DNA of 64,000 nt from Alphaproteobacteria bacterium MarineAlpha12_Bin1 (GCA_002937505.1 PTJY01000004.1:125186-189185), one strand, 5' to 3'; positions 27,180 through 38,513 are shown, counted from the first letter of the stretch. A program made the numbers and translations. Notes: generated by a model from the sequence alone, not told the origin.

Positions 27180-27375
27180 TTTTCAGGAATGCTTTCGCCA
27201 TTGATTTATATCTCTAATATTTATATTGAATCATTTTGTTTTTAGTGATTCTATGTAGTCAGAAATCATACTTTTTTTGTATTGGTTAATATTTAGAAAT
27301 TATTACTTAACTAATCATCTAATTAGTGTGAAAACTCTAATATAAATAATAACTCTATAAAAGTTCTGTAATCTT

Positions 27376-28734
27376 ATGAAAATGTTTTTCAGTATGAGAA
27401 ATAGATTAATTGTATTTTTTTTAACTCATACAAGACTGATTTGTTTTTCAGTCTTACTTGTGGGGCTTTTAGTATGGGGTTTTTTTATAACCGATGTAAA
27501 TTTAGCTAATAAAAAAGAATTGGATGAGCAGCAAACCAAAATAGCTGATAGTCTTAATTCTATTAATAAAATCGAAAACGTAATCTCTGGGTTAAATGAT
27601 AGATTAGCTGAAACGAATAAGAGGAGAGCAGATGATATTTCTAATTTTAATAAATCTCTTTCACGAAAATCTAACCTAGAAAAAGAAATTGTTAGTTTAA
27701 AAGAGTTAAGTGAGAGAAAAGACGCTAGAATAACGCAAATTTTAAATGAACTAGACAAAACTAACCTACGTGAAAAAGAAAATGCTGAACGTTTAGTGGA
27801 TATAAGGGAAACTAACTCTTTACTTGTCAAAAAGAGTGATGAACTTCGTAAAGCGCTAGAAATTAAGACTGTTCAGTTGGATGAAATTAACAAGAGACTA
27901 AAGGACACAGATGATAAAAATAACATCTTATTAAAACGCTTGAAAGAATCACGGAAGACAGCATCTTCCTTATTAATTGGAAAGCACGATAAAACCAATA
28001 ACCTGATAAATGAAGGACTTTTAAACACAAAATCTAAGAATAGTTACAGTACATCCGGCATATCCAAACAGGCGACCTTATCAAGGCTATATAAAACGAC
28101 TGATAAGACTGTCGAGACTTTAGAAAGGGCTTTGCAGGTTTCAGGCCTAAATTCTAACTTGTTGATAAAAAGAGTGCTGTCTAAAGAGGATTATTTAATT
28201 AATGGACGAGGCGGGCCTTACATTAAAATCAAAAATATAAGTGACGATAATTCAAATGTTAATTATGTAGAGCCTGAAGATAAAGTGATTAGATTAATAG
28301 GACTCCAGGAAGTAATGAAACGGATTCCATTGTCTCCGCCTCTTGATGAGTTACGAGTAAGTAGTGGTTTTGGTAAGAGAATAGATCCATTTACTAATCA
28401 ATTAGCAATGCATCCAGGTATTGATTTTGCTTCCAGAAACAAAAGCACTATTTTTACAACTGCACCAGGTGTAGTGACTTTCGTTGGTTGGAATGGGGGC
28501 TTTGGAAAAATGGTAGAGGTTGACCACGGGTTGGGTATTCGCACTAGATATGCACATTTATCAAAGATATTCGTAAAACCAGGTCAGAAGCTAGAGTTTA
28601 GAGAAAGATTAGGTCAGGTTGGCAATACAGGAAGAAGTACTGGAACTCATTTACACTATGAGATTTTATTTGATGGAAAAGAAATGGATCCTCAAAGATT
28701 TCTACGAGCCGGTCAGTATCTTTTTAAGACCTAA
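27376..28734 (+). CDS. M23 family metallopeptidase with N-terminal TM/coiled-coil (EnvC/NlpD-like murein hydrolase factor)
   Basis: N-terminal hydrophobic segment, ~200 aa of heptad-like K/E/L-rich coiled coil. C-terminal LytM domain (HPGIDFA...VDHG...NTGRSTGTHLHYEI). Confidence 0.8.
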   Translation: MKMFFSMRNRLIVFFLTHTRLICFSVLLVGLLVWGFFITDVNLANKKELDEQQTKIADSLNSINKIENVISGLNDRLAETNKRRADDISNFNKSLSRKSNLEKEIVSLKELSERKDARITQILNELDKTNLREKENAERLVDIRETNSLLVKKSDELRKALEIKTVQLDEINKRLKDTDDKNNILLKRLKESRKTASSLLIGKHDKTNNLINEGLLNTKSKNSYSTSGISKQATLSRLYKTTDKTVETLERALQVSGLNSNLLIKRVLSKEDYLINGRGGPYIKIKNISDDNSNVNYVEPEDKVIRLIGLQEVMKRIPLSPPLDELRVSSGFGKRIDPFTNQLAMHPGIDFASRNKSTIFTTAPGVVTFVGWNGGFGKMVEVDHGLGIRTRYAHLSKIFVKPGQKLEFRERLGQVGNTGRSTGTHLHYEILFDGKEMDPQRFLRAGQYLFKT

Positions 28735-28778
28735 CGTTAATAAAATATTAGTTTTTATCTAAATATTAGCTTAATAAA

Positions 28779-29780
28779 CTATTTAATAACTCTTGAATAA
28801 AATTCAGGATCAACGTTTGCTCCAGACAATATAACTACACTGTTTAGATTAGAGAAATAGTTTTTTTGTTTTAAAACAGCGGCTAACGCTACCGCTCCAC
28901 TTGGCTCGACAACAAGCTTCAGATATTGCCAGGCAAAAGACATTGCTTTTATTACGTCTTCGTCAGTAACAGCAATTCCACATGAAACAAACTTTTTGTT
29001 AATTTGAAATGTTAAATTTCCAGGACTTGGCGCTAGTAAAGCATCACAAATAGAATTTGTTGTAATTTTATTTTTCAATATTTGTCCTTCTTTGAGTGAT
29101 CGAGCTGTATCATCATAGCCAACCGGCTCTACAACAATAATTTCTGAATATGGAGATTTTTTACTGACAGTGGTTACTGTGCCGGCAGTAAGTCCACCTC
29201 CTCCGCAGCATACTAATATTTTATTAGCATTAAGACCTATTCTATCTAGTTCATCTAAAATTTCTAAGGCTACAGTACCTTGTCCTGATATTGTCCAAGG
29301 GTGGTCATAGGGGGGTATAATTGTAGAACCAGTTTTTTGGGAAAAGTTTATAGCAATCTCTTCACGATTTTCTTTGTCTCTTACGTATGTTATTACTTTA
29401 GCTCCTAGTGCACGAGTTTGTTTTAGCTTTATATCAGGGGCATCAGAGGGCATTATTATTGTCGCGTTAACTTTTAGTAGTTTTGCTGCAGCTGCTACCC
29501 CTTGAGCATGATTTCCAGATGAATAGGCTACTACTCCTTTTTTTTTATAACTTTCATTTAATTGAGAGAGAAAATTATAAGCGCCACGAAATTTAAATGA
29601 ACCAGTGTGTTGTAAAGTCTCCGCTTTAAGAAAAACCCTGCCGTTTACTAGTTCATTCAAGTGGCTGTTCTCAATTAGTGGAGTTTTAACTGCAATATTT
29701 TTTAGACGTTTTGATGCTGCTAAAACATCTTTATAATTGGGGGTAGTTTTAGATAAAGGATCTATCATTACATAATTCAA
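28779..29780 (-). CDS. PLP-dependent threonine/serine dehydratase (catabolic threonine ammonia-lyase-like)
   Basis: PLP-lysine motif TGSFKFRGA and the glycine-rich loop CCGGGGL of the Trp-synthase-beta fold. ~330 aa without regulatory ACT domains. Confidence 0.7.
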   Translation of the reverse strand: MNYVMIDPLSKTTPNYKDVLAASKRLKNIAVKTPLIENSHLNELVNGRVFLKAETLQHTGSFKFRGAYNFLSQLNESYKKKGVVAYSSGNHAQGVAAAAKLLKVNATIIMPSDAPDIKLKQTRALGAKVITYVRDKENREEIAINFSQKTGSTIIPPYDHPWTISGQGTVALEILDELDRIGLNANKILVCCGGGGLTAGTVTTVSKKSPYSEIIVVEPVGYDDTARSLKEGQILKNKITTNSICDALLAPSPGNLTFQINKKFVSCGIAVTDEDVIKAMSFAWQYLKLVVEPSGAVALAAVLKQKNYFSNLNSVVILSGANVDPEFYSRVIK

Positions 29781-29788
29781 ATTATTTT

Positions 29789-30481
29789 TTATGTTAGATC
29801 ATCGAGAGAGTTTATTATAGAATCTGGTTGATAGGGTAGTTTCTCTGAAATTAGACTATTTCTATTAACCCAAACACTATGAAAGCCAAAACTTTTAGCA
29901 CCCGCTACGTCCCAATTATTAGCTGAAACAAAACAAATATTGCTTTTATTAATTTTTAATTTATCTGTTGCCATTTGATAAACTAAAGGGTTTGGTTTGT
30001 AGATTTCTATGTCATCAATGGACATAGATAAATCGATTAAGTCACCCAAACTAGAATTTTTAATCACTTCGTTTAGCATCTGGTGTGTCCCGTTTGATAG
30101 GATGGCTATTTTACAGTCTTTATTTTTTAAAGAGTTAAGGGTCTTATTTACTTCGTTAAATGTCTTTAACTTAAGGTATAAATTCATAAGTTGGGAATGT
30201 AGTATTGAGTTGTTTATATTTACCGATTCCATTGCATAATTTAAAGCCTCTTTGGTAATTGTCCAAAAATCTGAATAAGAACCCATCATACTATGAAGCC
30301 AAGTATATTGAATTTGCTTTTCTCTCCATAACTTCGAAAGCTCTTCTGATTTGTCTCCTATAATGATTTTGTGTTCTTCTACAGCAGAGTGGAAATCAAA
30401 CAAAGTGCCGTAAGCATCAAAGACATAAGATTGATAACTAATACCCTTGGAAGAATTTTCGTGACTACATGACATCAGCAA
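29789..30481 (-). CDS. HAD superfamily hydrolase, L-2-haloacid dehalogenase (type II) subfamily-like
   Basis: Motif I YVFDAYGTLFD (nucleophile Asp) plus the downstream S/T and K and the DD motif (NNWDV). Length 230 aa. Confidence 0.65.
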   Translation of the reverse strand: MLMSCSHENSSKGISYQSYVFDAYGTLFDFHSAVEEHKIIIGDKSEELSKLWREKQIQYTWLHSMMGSYSDFWTITKEALNYAMESVNINNSILHSQLMNLYLKLKTFNEVNKTLNSLKNKDCKIAILSNGTHQMLNEVIKNSSLGDLIDLSMSIDDIEIYKPNPLVYQMATDKLKINKSNICFVSANNWDVAGAKSFGFHSVWVNRNSLISEKLPYQPDSIINSLDDLT

Positions 30482-30722
30482 TACCTTTCAATGGAAGTAG
30501 TGTTTTGACGAAAATGTTAATTTTCTTTAAAAAATCAGACAGTCGAATTAAGCGCAGAAACGAGTAACTATTTGTTATATCCGATATTAAGTAGGTAAAA
30601 TATTAATATAACTTAATTTCATAATTTGATCTAACCCTTGTAGGGTGTCGATCTTCTCGGTATCGTCACAGTATTACATTTCTGGCAACATAAATTTAAT
30701 GGCGAGACCCTAGGAGAAGAAT

Positions 30723-31601
30723 ATGTTTAAAGGATCAATCGTAGCTTTAGCGACACCATTTCGTGACGGAAAGGTGGATGAAGTTTCTTATCAAGAAATA
30801 ATTGAGTGGCAAATTTCTGAGGGCACAGACGGCTTGGTGCCAGTTGGTACAACTGGAGAGTCTCCGACATTGAGTCACGAGGAACATAAAAGAGTTGTTG
30901 AGTTGTGTATTGAGGCTTCCGATAGAAGGGTGCCTGTTATTGCCGGATCAGGTTCAAATTCAACTGAAGAAGCTGTATTTCTTACGAAGTTTGCAAAGGA
31001 TGCGGGCGCTGATGGTGCACTTGTAGTTACGCCATACTATAATAAGCCATCTCAAGAAGGTCTGTATTCTCACTTCAAAACCATAGCGGATACGGTGGAT
31101 ATTCCAATTATTATTTACAACATTCCCCCTCGGTCTGTTGTGGATATGTCAGTAGAAACTATGGCTAGGTTAGCCAATGACTGCCCTAACATAGTAGGGG
31201 TAAAGGACGCTACACAGGACTTAGTTAGGCCGCTAGATACGCGTGCCGTCATTGGAGATAAGTTCTGCCTTCTATCAGGTGAAGATGCAACGGTACTCTC
31301 TTATTTAGTTAATGGTGGAGATGGATGCATATCTGTTACAGCAAATGTAGCACCCCGTGCTTGTGCAGAAATGCATGATGCTTGGCAAAGTGGAGACTTT
31401 AAGGAAGCAATGACAATTAATGAACGTCTTTATCCTTTGCATGATGCACTCTTTGTTGAGCCAAACCCTGTTCCTTCAAAGTTTGCGTTGTCTCTTTTGA
31501 ATAAATCTACAATGGATGTTCGTCTGCCCTTAACCCCAGCAAATGAAAATACAAAGAAAACTGTACAGGCAGCTATGATGTCAGCAGGTATTCTTAACTA
31601 A
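30723..31601 (+). CDS. dapA: 4-hydroxy-tetrahydrodipicolinate synthase
   Basis: Canonical DapA blocks ([46 protein letters not shown], Schiff-base Lys in VGVKDA). GGAGAAG RBS. Followed by smpB. Confidence 0.85.
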   Translation: MFKGSIVALATPFRDGKVDEVSYQEIIEWQISEGTDGLVPVGTTGESPTLSHEEHKRVVELCIEASDRRVPVIAGSGSNSTEEAVFLTKFAKDAGADGALVVTPYYNKPSQEGLYSHFKTIADTVDIPIIIYNIPPRSVVDMSVETMARLANDCPNIVGVKDATQDLVRPLDTRAVIGDKFCLLSGEDATVLSYLVNGGDGCISVTANVAPRACAEMHDAWQSGDFKEAMTINERLYPLHDALFVEPNPVPSKFALSLLNKSTMDVRLPLTPANENTKKTVQAAMMSAGILN

Positions 31602-31623
31602 TTTATTTTTTAGAAGAACTTTG

Positions 31624-32097
31624 ATGGCTAAAAAGTCTGCGACGGATAAAAAAATTGTGGCACAAAACCGCAAGGCGCGTCACGACTATTTTATAGAAGA
31701 TAATATACAAGTGGGCTTAGTCTTGCATGGATCAGAAGTTAAATCTCTACGTTTAGGGCAAGGCAGTTTAGCAGATTGTTGGGCAGGTGAAAAAGATGGA
31801 GAAATTTGGATGTTTAGTTGTTATATCCCTCAGTATTCATCGTCACATGAACCAGATTATGTTGCTAGAAGGCCACGGAAAATACTGCTTCACAAACGTG
31901 AGATGAATAAGTTACTAGGTGCTATTCAAAAAGATGGAGTTACTTTGGTGCCTCTCTCAATCTATTTTAATGACAGAGGAATTGCTAAAGTTGATCTGGG
32001 TATTGCCCGTGGAAAGAGAAAGTATGATAAAAGAGAAACGCAAAAGAAACGAGACTGGGATCGACAGAAAGCAAGACTATTGAGAGAAAAGGGATGA
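31624..32097 (+). CDS. smpB: SsrA-binding protein
   Basis: MAKK...IVAQNRKARHDYFIED...GSEVKSLR, typical SmpB. ATG at 31624 (the track begins at the TTG 3 nt upstream). Confidence 0.9.
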   Translation: MAKKSATDKKIVAQNRKARHDYFIEDNIQVGLVLHGSEVKSLRLGQGSLADCWAGEKDGEIWMFSCYIPQYSSSHEPDYVARRPRKILLHKREMNKLLGAIQKDGVTLVPLSIYFNDRGIAKVDLGIARGKRKYDKRETQKKRDWDRQKARLLREKG

Positions 32098-32198
32098 ATA
32101 TTTTTTATAGATTTTAGCAACCTCTCATACAAAAATTATTGTTCAAGTATAAACGAAGTAACTCAATAAGTTTTTTATATAAATTTAGGAATAAGACT

Positions 32199-33371
32199 AT
32201 GATTCCAAATCAATTTCCCTCACTAAATTTTGATCTTGGTGAAACAGCAGATATGTTGCGGGACACAGTGAGAAGTTTTTCTGATGACCATATAGCACCG
32301 AGGGCGGATGAAATTGATAGAAGTAATGAGTTCCCTATAGATTTATGGCCCATGATGGGGAGCATAGGACTTCATGGAATTACAGTTGAGGAAGAATATG
32401 GTGGTTCGGGCTTAGGTTATTTAGAACATTGTATAGCCATGGAAGAGGTTAGCAGGGCCTCAGCATCTGTTGGTCTTTCGTATGGAGCACATTCAAACTT
32501 ATGCGTAAATCAGATAAGAAGAAATGGCACTGTTGATCAAAAAAAACGCTACCTACCCAAATTAATTTCTGGTGATCATGTCGGGTCGTTAGCGATGAGC
32601 GAATCTGGAGCTGGCTCTGACGTTGTCGGAATGCGGACAAAAGCAGAAAAAAGAGGAGATTTGTACATTCTTAACGGAAGTAAAATGTGGATCACGAACG
32701 GACCAGTTTCCAATACTTTTGTCATTTATGCAAAGACTGAACCCGACGCAGGTCCTAGAGGAATTACTGCCTTTCTAGTTGAAAGAGAATTTAAAGGTTT
32801 TTCGGTTGCTCAAAAACTTGATAAATTAGGTATGAGAGGTTCTGACACTTGTGAGCTTATATTCGAAGATTGTGAGGTTCCTGAGGAAAATATTCTTGGG
32901 GAGTTGAATAAAGGTGTCAATGTTTTGATGAGTGGTCTTGATTATGAACGTGCAGTCTTAGCAGCTGGCCCGCTTGGTATAATGCAATCCTGTATGGATA
33001 TTGTAGTGCCCTATGTACACGAACGAGAACAATTTGGGCAACCCATAGGCACTTTTCAGTTTATGCAGGGCAAACTTGCAGACATGTACACAACCATGAA
33101 TGCATGCAAGGCATATGTGTATGCAGTAAGTAAAGCATGTGACAGAGGAGAAACAACCCGTAAGGATGCTGCTGGGGCAATTCTTTATGCGTCTGAAAAA
33201 GCTACGTTAATGGCGTTAGATGCTATTCAAGCACTTGGGGGTATGGGTTATGTAAATGAAAGTCCAACAGGACGTCTTTTGCGTGATGCCAAACTTTATG
33301 AAATTGGTGCTGGCACTTCAGAGATTAGACGACTTTTAATCGGTAGAGAATTATTTGAAGAGACAATGTAA
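32199..33371 (+). CDS. Isovaleryl-CoA dehydrogenase-like acyl-CoA dehydrogenase
   Basis: ACAD three-domain fold with catalytic-Glu region ([12 protein letters not shown]). Sits in a cluster with MCC subunits and HMG-CoA lyase. Start at the internal ATG 32199 (MIPNQF...). Confidence 0.75.
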   Translation: MIPNQFPSLNFDLGETADMLRDTVRSFSDDHIAPRADEIDRSNEFPIDLWPMMGSIGLHGITVEEEYGGSGLGYLEHCIAMEEVSRASASVGLSYGAHSNLCVNQIRRNGTVDQKKRYLPKLISGDHVGSLAMSESGAGSDVVGMRTKAEKRGDLYILNGSKMWITNGPVSNTFVIYAKTEPDAGPRGITAFLVEREFKGFSVAQKLDKLGMRGSDTCELIFEDCEVPEENILGELNKGVNVLMSGLDYERAVLAAGPLGIMQSCMDIVVPYVHEREQFGQPIGTFQFMQGKLADMYTTMNACKAYVYAVSKACDRGETTRKDAAGAILYASEKATLMALDAIQALGGMGYVNESPTGRLLRDAKLYEIGAGTSEIRRLLIGRELFEETM

Positions 33372-33408
33372 GAATAGTTAAAATTATTTAGGGGAGGTTT
33401 TGTGCTGA

Positions 33409-34065
33409 ATGCCTAGTGTTATTATTATTGGAGCAAATAGGGGAATAGGATTAGGTTTTGCTAAACTTTTTTCAAAGTATGATAATTGGAATATTTACGC
33501 GACTACAAGAAATGTCCAAGCTACTGGGGAACTAGGGAATATAAGCGAGAATATATCGATTTATAAGTTGGATGTTGTAAAACCAGTTGATGTTTCAAAT
33601 CTCGCAAAAGAATTTGAAAATAAAAATATTGATCTAATAATTCATAATGCTGGTGTCTATGGTCATAATATGACTCGAGCGGAAGTTATGGAGGTTAATT
33701 CATTAGCTCCATTTAAGGTAATTGACTCATTGATGCCTTCTTTGCTTCGAGGGGATCAAAAAAAAATAGCGATATTAACAAGCCAGATGGGAGCTCGAAA
33801 CGGGGGAAAAACACCAACTGGCGTTTATGGGGCATCAAAAGCAGCTCTTAATGATCAATACCGTATAGTTGAATTAGAGTGGCGTAAAAGAGGGATAAGC
33901 TCTCTCGTTTTTCATCCCGGATGGGTAAAAACTGACATGGGAGGAAGTTCTGCACCGGTAGAAATTAAAGAGAGCGTGATAGGTATGTATAGCGTTCTAG
34001 AAGAACTTTGTCTTGAAAACAGTGGTAGGTTTATGGACTGGAGAGGAATGGAATTGTCCTGGTAA
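33409..34065 (+). CDS. Short SDR family oxidoreductase
   Basis: IIIGANRGIGLG cofactor motif, NAG, Y(GAS)K catalytic pair. GGGGAGG RBS. Confidence 0.65.
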   Translation: MPSVIIIGANRGIGLGFAKLFSKYDNWNIYATTRNVQATGELGNISENISIYKLDVVKPVDVSNLAKEFENKNIDLIIHNAGVYGHNMTRAEVMEVNSLAPFKVIDSLMPSLLRGDQKKIAILTSQMGARNGGKTPTGVYGASKAALNDQYRIVELEWRKRGISSLVFHPGWVKTDMGGSSAPVEIKESVIGMYSVLEELCLENSGRFMDWRGMELSW

Positions 34066-34106
34066 AAGCTATTACCAGGTCTATTATATTCCAGGAGGTA
34101 ATTCGA

Positions 34107-35249
34107 GTGCTAAATCAAGAACAAATGATGATCCGAGACTTAGCTCGTGATTTTTCCCAAAATGAACTTTCCCCTAATGCAGCAAGGTGGGATAGTGAGG
34201 TTATTTTTCCTGAAACCCAAATTAAAATGATGGGTCGGTTAGGTTTATTAGGAGTTCAAGTTTCAGAGAAATGGGGTGGCTCAGGATTAGGAAACACTGA
34301 ACTTGCGCTTGTAATAGAAGAGATTGCTGCTGGGGATGGGGGGTGCTCAACCATTCTTGCTGTACAAAATTCTGTTGTGTGTATGCCAATTGAAATATTT
34401 GGATCAAATGATCAAAAACAAAAATATCTAAAAGACCTGGTAAAAGGTGAGGTTTTAGGGGCTTTCATGTTGACGGAACCTCATGCTGGGTCTGATGCAG
34501 GGGCAATAAAAACTAAAGCTGAAAAGGTGGGAAATAAGTATATTCTCAATGGGTCCAAGTCATTTATAACTACAGGGAGTAGGGCAGGTTTGGCAATAAC
34601 ATTTGCAGTAACCAATCCTTCAAAGAAATCTCGTGGAATCAGCGCTTTTATTGTCCCAACGGACTCTCATGGTTTTACAGTTAATCGTATTGAAAAAAAA
34701 CTTGGGCAACGATCCTCGGAGACGTGTTCCATTACGCTGGATAATGTGGAAATTACTCCAGATTTAATGCTAGGCGAGGAAGGTGAAGGTTACCATATAG
34801 CCTTATCTAACTTAGAAGGTGGTCGTATCGGTGTTGCAGCCCAGTCTGTTGGCATGGCACGTTCTGCTTACAATGAGGCTTTAAAATATGCTATAGAAAG
34901 AGAAAGTTTTGGGCAGAAAATAGCCAATCACCAAGCTATTGCTTTTAAATTAGCTGAAATGAAGACTAAAATTGATGTTGCTCGCCAGATGTATTTACAT
35001 GCAGCTGATCTCCGGGATAGTGGAGTTAAATGCGTAGAAGAGGCATCTATGGCAAAATTATTTGCCTCTGAAATGGCTGAAGAGGTTTGTTCTGATGCCA
35101 TTCAAATTCATGGTGGTTATGGTTATCTTCAGGATTTTCCTGTTGAGAGAATATATAGAGATGTAAGGGTTACACAAATATATGAAGGAACATCTGAAAT
35201 CCAAAAACTAGTTATATCTAGAGAAATTTTATCTAAAAATTATTCATAG
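34107..35249 (+). CDS. Acyl-CoA dehydrogenase (short/branched-chain type)
   Basis: ACAD blocks (GAFMLTEPHAGSDA, catalytic YEGTSEIQK). GTG start 8 nt after a perfect AGGAGG. Confidence 0.8.
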   Translation: MLNQEQMMIRDLARDFSQNELSPNAARWDSEVIFPETQIKMMGRLGLLGVQVSEKWGGSGLGNTELALVIEEIAAGDGGCSTILAVQNSVVCMPIEIFGSNDQKQKYLKDLVKGEVLGAFMLTEPHAGSDAGAIKTKAEKVGNKYILNGSKSFITTGSRAGLAITFAVTNPSKKSRGISAFIVPTDSHGFTVNRIEKKLGQRSSETCSITLDNVEITPDLMLGEEGEGYHIALSNLEGGRIGVAAQSVGMARSAYNEALKYAIERESFGQKIANHQAIAFKLAEMKTKIDVARQMYLHAADLRDSGVKCVEEASMAKLFASEMAEEVCSDAIQIHGGYGYLQDFPVERIYRDVRVTQIYEGTSEIQKLVISREILSKNYS

Positions 35250-35264
35250 TACTGGGGTAATATA

Positions 35265-35870
35265 ATGACTGATACACCACTCGAGTTTTATTTTGATTTT
35301 AATAGTCCCTATGGTTATGTCGGTGCTCATCTGATTGATAATATAGCTGAAAGATATGATCGTAAAACTGACTGGTATCCAATTTCTTTAGGAGTGGCTT
35401 TTAAAATAACTGGAATGAAGCCTATGAGTGAAATTCCATTGAAAGGCGAATATTTTGAAATTGATAGTGCTAGAGTGTGCAGGTATTACGGTGTTGATTA
35501 CCTTAAACCGGATGTTGCACCATTTTCAGCGACTGCAGCATCGAGAGCATTTTATTGGATAAAGGATAAAGATCCTGGCCAAGCTAAAGGCTATGCAATG
35601 GCAATATACACAGCAGCATTAGCAAAAAATGAGGATGTGTCAGCACCTGCTAGTGTTGCTAAAATAGCTGCTGGAGTTGGTATAGATCAAAAAGAACTTC
35701 TTGACGCTCTTCAAAAACCCGACGTTAAACAAAGATTGGTGGATGAAACAGATCGAGCAGTAAAAAAAGGTGTTTTTGGTTCACCATTTGTAATAGCTGA
35801 TGGAGAACCTTTCTTTGGAGTAGACCGTTTTGAGATACTGGATGAATGGTTAGTCACAGAAGGGTTCTAA
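35265..35870 (+). CDS. DsbA-like thioredoxin-fold protein, 2-hydroxychromene-2-carboxylate isomerase family
   Basis: N-terminal FYFDFNSPYGY motif characteristic of HCCA isomerase/DsbA-like GSH-dependent isomerases. ~200 aa. Confidence 0.6.
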   Translation: MTDTPLEFYFDFNSPYGYVGAHLIDNIAERYDRKTDWYPISLGVAFKITGMKPMSEIPLKGEYFEIDSARVCRYYGVDYLKPDVAPFSATAASRAFYWIKDKDPGQAKGYAMAIYTAALAKNEDVSAPASVAKIAAGVGIDQKELLDALQKPDVKQRLVDETDRAVKKGVFGSPFVIADGEPFFGVDRFEILDEWLVTEGF

Positions 35871-36830
35871 GGAATAACTTTCTTCTAAGATTTTATAGAA
35901 CAGTGAAAGATCAATATTTCCACCAGAGAGTATCAATCCTACATCTCTGCCACTGTATTTATGCCTTTCCTTCATAAAAGCTGCGAGTGGTGCAGCTCCA
36001 GCCCCTTCAGCAATATTATGTGTATCAGAAAAATAATATCTAATTGCTGTCTTTATTTCTAACTCGCTAACTTTAACTATATGATCTACAGAATGGTTAA
36101 TTATCCGAACTGCGTCTTTATCAGGAGTTCTAACAGCTAATCCATCAGCGATTGTATCTGAGTTATTTGTCGACACAGCCTTACCTTGTGAGAAGGATAA
36201 CTCATAACAAGGTGCGTTCTCTGCAACCACTCCTACTATTTCTGTGGTCAGATTTAATGCCTCTCTTGCTGCAATACACCCACAGATGCCTGAGCCAAGT
36301 CCTATTGGAACATAAATAACATCTAGGTTTTTGACACTATTAAAAAACTCATAAGCATAAGTTGATACCCCTGTAATAAGCTCTTTACTAAACGAGGGTA
36401 CCAATATTAATTCTCTCTCTTTCGCCAATATAGAAGAATATTCGAATGCCTCCTGAAAATCTGCTCCATATTCTATTAATTCTGCCCCTAAAGCAGTCAT
36501 GCTCATATTTTTTTCTGAAGAATTTCCCTTTGGAACTATAATTGTTGATTTAATACCGTTCACTGAAGCAGCAAAAGCGATAGATTGTCCATGATTACCC
36601 CTAGTAGCAGCAATAACTCCATTGATATTTTTTTCACTATTTGTCAGGTGGGACATGTAAACTAGTCCGCCACGGAGTTTAAAAGCACCTATAGGTGTTT
36701 GGTTTTCGTGTTTAATCCATATATTTGCACCACCTCTTTTGTTCAAAAGAGGCCAATTATAGTGATTTGTAGGCTGCATGTGATCATAAACAGTGTTTGC
36801 TGCTTTCTCTATTTCTGACTTTACTATCAT
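35850..36830 (-). CDS. PLP-dependent serine/threonine dehydratase-family enzyme
   Basis: PLP-lysine motif GAFKLRGG, Gly-rich loop GLGSGICG. 326 aa. 3' end overlaps the convergent gene by 21 nt. Confidence 0.65.
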   Translation of the reverse strand: MIVKSEIEKAANTVYDHMQPTNHYNWPLLNKRGGANIWIKHENQTPIGAFKLRGGLVYMSHLTNSEKNINGVIAATRGNHGQSIAFAASVNGIKSTIIVPKGNSSEKNMSMTALGAELIEYGADFQEAFEYSSILAKERELILVPSFSKELITGVSTYAYEFFNSVKNLDVIYVPIGLGSGICGCIAAREALNLTTEIVGVVAENAPCYELSFSQGKAVSTNNSDTIADGLAVRTPDKDAVRIINHSVDHIVKVSELEIKTAIRYYFSDTHNIAEGAGAAPLAAFMKERHKYSGRDVGLILSGGNIDLSLFYKILEESYSLEPFCD

Positions 36831-36900
36831 TTTCGTGCTAACTTCCTAATCAGAGGTATAAGTAATACAATAGAATGATCTTAATGAGGTACAGTGGCAA

Positions 36901-38508
36901 ATGACTATTATAAAAACATCTGTGGACATTAATTCACAGGAGTATATTCAAAACTACAATAATATGCAGGTTGTGGTAGATGATTTACGAGAAAAGATAT
37001 CAGTTATAGAGAATGGTGGTAGTCAGAGTGCTCGTGAGCGTCATGTGGCTAGAGGTAAACTCTTACCGCGGGACAGAATTACTAATCTATTAGATACAGG
37101 TTCTCCATTCTTGGAATTCTCTCAATTGGCTGGATACGATCTTTATGACGACGATATACCAGCGGGAGGAATTATAACGGGTATAGGACGTGTTTCAGGT
37201 CGTGAATGCTTAATTGTTGTAAATGATGCTACGGTAAAAGGAGGAACGTATTACCCGGTAACAGTCAAAAAACATCTCCGTGCCCAAGAGATAGCAAAAG
37301 AAAATAATATTCCGTGCATTTATCTGGTCGATTCCGGAGGGGCTAATTTGCCACAACAGGCTGGTATTTTTCCTGATAAAGAACATTTCGGTCGTATATT
37401 TTTTAATCAGGCTAATATGTCAGCACAAGCTATTCCGCAAATTGCTGCGGTTATGGGTTCCTGCACAGCCGGGGGTGCTTACGTTCCAGCTATGGCTGAT
37501 GAAAGTATAATCGTTAAAGATCAAGGAACAATATTTTTGGCTGGTCCTCCGTTGGTAAAAGCAGCTATAGGAGAAGAGGTCACTGCCGAGGAACTCGGTG
37601 GATCAAGTGTTCACACTCAAACGAGTGGCTTAATTGATCATCTTGCAGTTGATGACGCACATGCGTTAGCATTGATTAGAAAGATTGTTAGTAATCTTAA
37701 TAAGCTTGAATCAAATTCTCTGACAATAAAAGAGCCTATTGAGCCTCTTTATGACATGAAAGAAATTTATGGAGCAGTCTCTTCAGACAGCCGAAAACTC
37801 TACGATGTGAGAGAGATAATCGCTCGGATAGTGGATGGAAGCAATTTTGATGAGTTTAAAGAGCTTTACGGCGAGACATTAGTTACCGGATTTGCCCACA
37901 TATATGGTTATCCTGTTGGAATCATAGCGAATAATGGCGTTCTATTTTCAGAATCATCTCTTAAAGGTGCACATTTTATTGAATTATGTTGTCAACGAGG
38001 TATACCTCTAGTTTTTTTACAAAATATTTCAGGTTTTATGGTTGGAAAAAAGTATGAGGCTGGCGGCATAGCTAAAGATGGAGCCAAATTAGTAACAGCA
38101 GTATCTTGCGCTAATGTTCCCAAGTTTACTGTTATTATTGGCGGAAGCTTTGGCGCAGGTAACTATGGAATGTGTGGTCGTGCTTATGGACCTAGATTTT
38201 TGTATATGTGGCCAAATGCAAGAATATCGGTTATGGGCGGGGAACAAGCTTCTAACGTTTTGGCAACTATACGTCGGGACCGCATCGAGGCAAGAAATGA
38301 AACATGGACAGAGGAAGAAGAGAGCAACTTTAAGGCCCCAATTCTTGAACAATATGAGAAAGAGGGCCATCCCTATTTTGCGAGTGCTAGACTGTGGGAT
38401 GATGGTATCATCGATCCATCTGAAACAAGGCGTGTTTTAGGTCTTAGTATATCAGCGTCATTAAATTCACCTATTGAGTCAACTCGTTTTGGTATATTTA
38501 GGATGTAA
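36901..38508 (+). CDS. Methylcrotonyl-CoA (or geranyl-CoA) carboxylase, carboxyltransferase beta subunit
   Basis: 535-aa two-domain carboxyltransferase closely resembling MCCase beta / PccB. Confidence 0.85.
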   Translation: MTIIKTSVDINSQEYIQNYNNMQVVVDDLREKISVIENGGSQSARERHVARGKLLPRDRITNLLDTGSPFLEFSQLAGYDLYDDDIPAGGIITGIGRVSGRECLIVVNDATVKGGTYYPVTVKKHLRAQEIAKENNIPCIYLVDSGGANLPQQAGIFPDKEHFGRIFFNQANMSAQAIPQIAAVMGSCTAGGAYVPAMADESIIVKDQGTIFLAGPPLVKAAIGEEVTAEELGGSSVHTQTSGLIDHLAVDDAHALALIRKIVSNLNKLESNSLTIKEPIEPLYDMKEIYGAVSSDSRKLYDVREIIARIVDGSNFDEFKELYGETLVTGFAHIYGYPVGIIANNGVLFSESSLKGAHFIELCCQRGIPLVFLQNISGFMVGKKYEAGGIAKDGAKLVTAVSCANVPKFTVIIGGSFGAGNYGMCGRAYGPRFLYMWPNARISVMGGEQASNVLATIRRDRIEARNETWTEEEESNFKAPILEQYEKEGHPYFASARLWDDGIIDPSETRRVLGLSISASLNSPIESTRFGIFRM

Positions 38509-38513
38509 AATTG

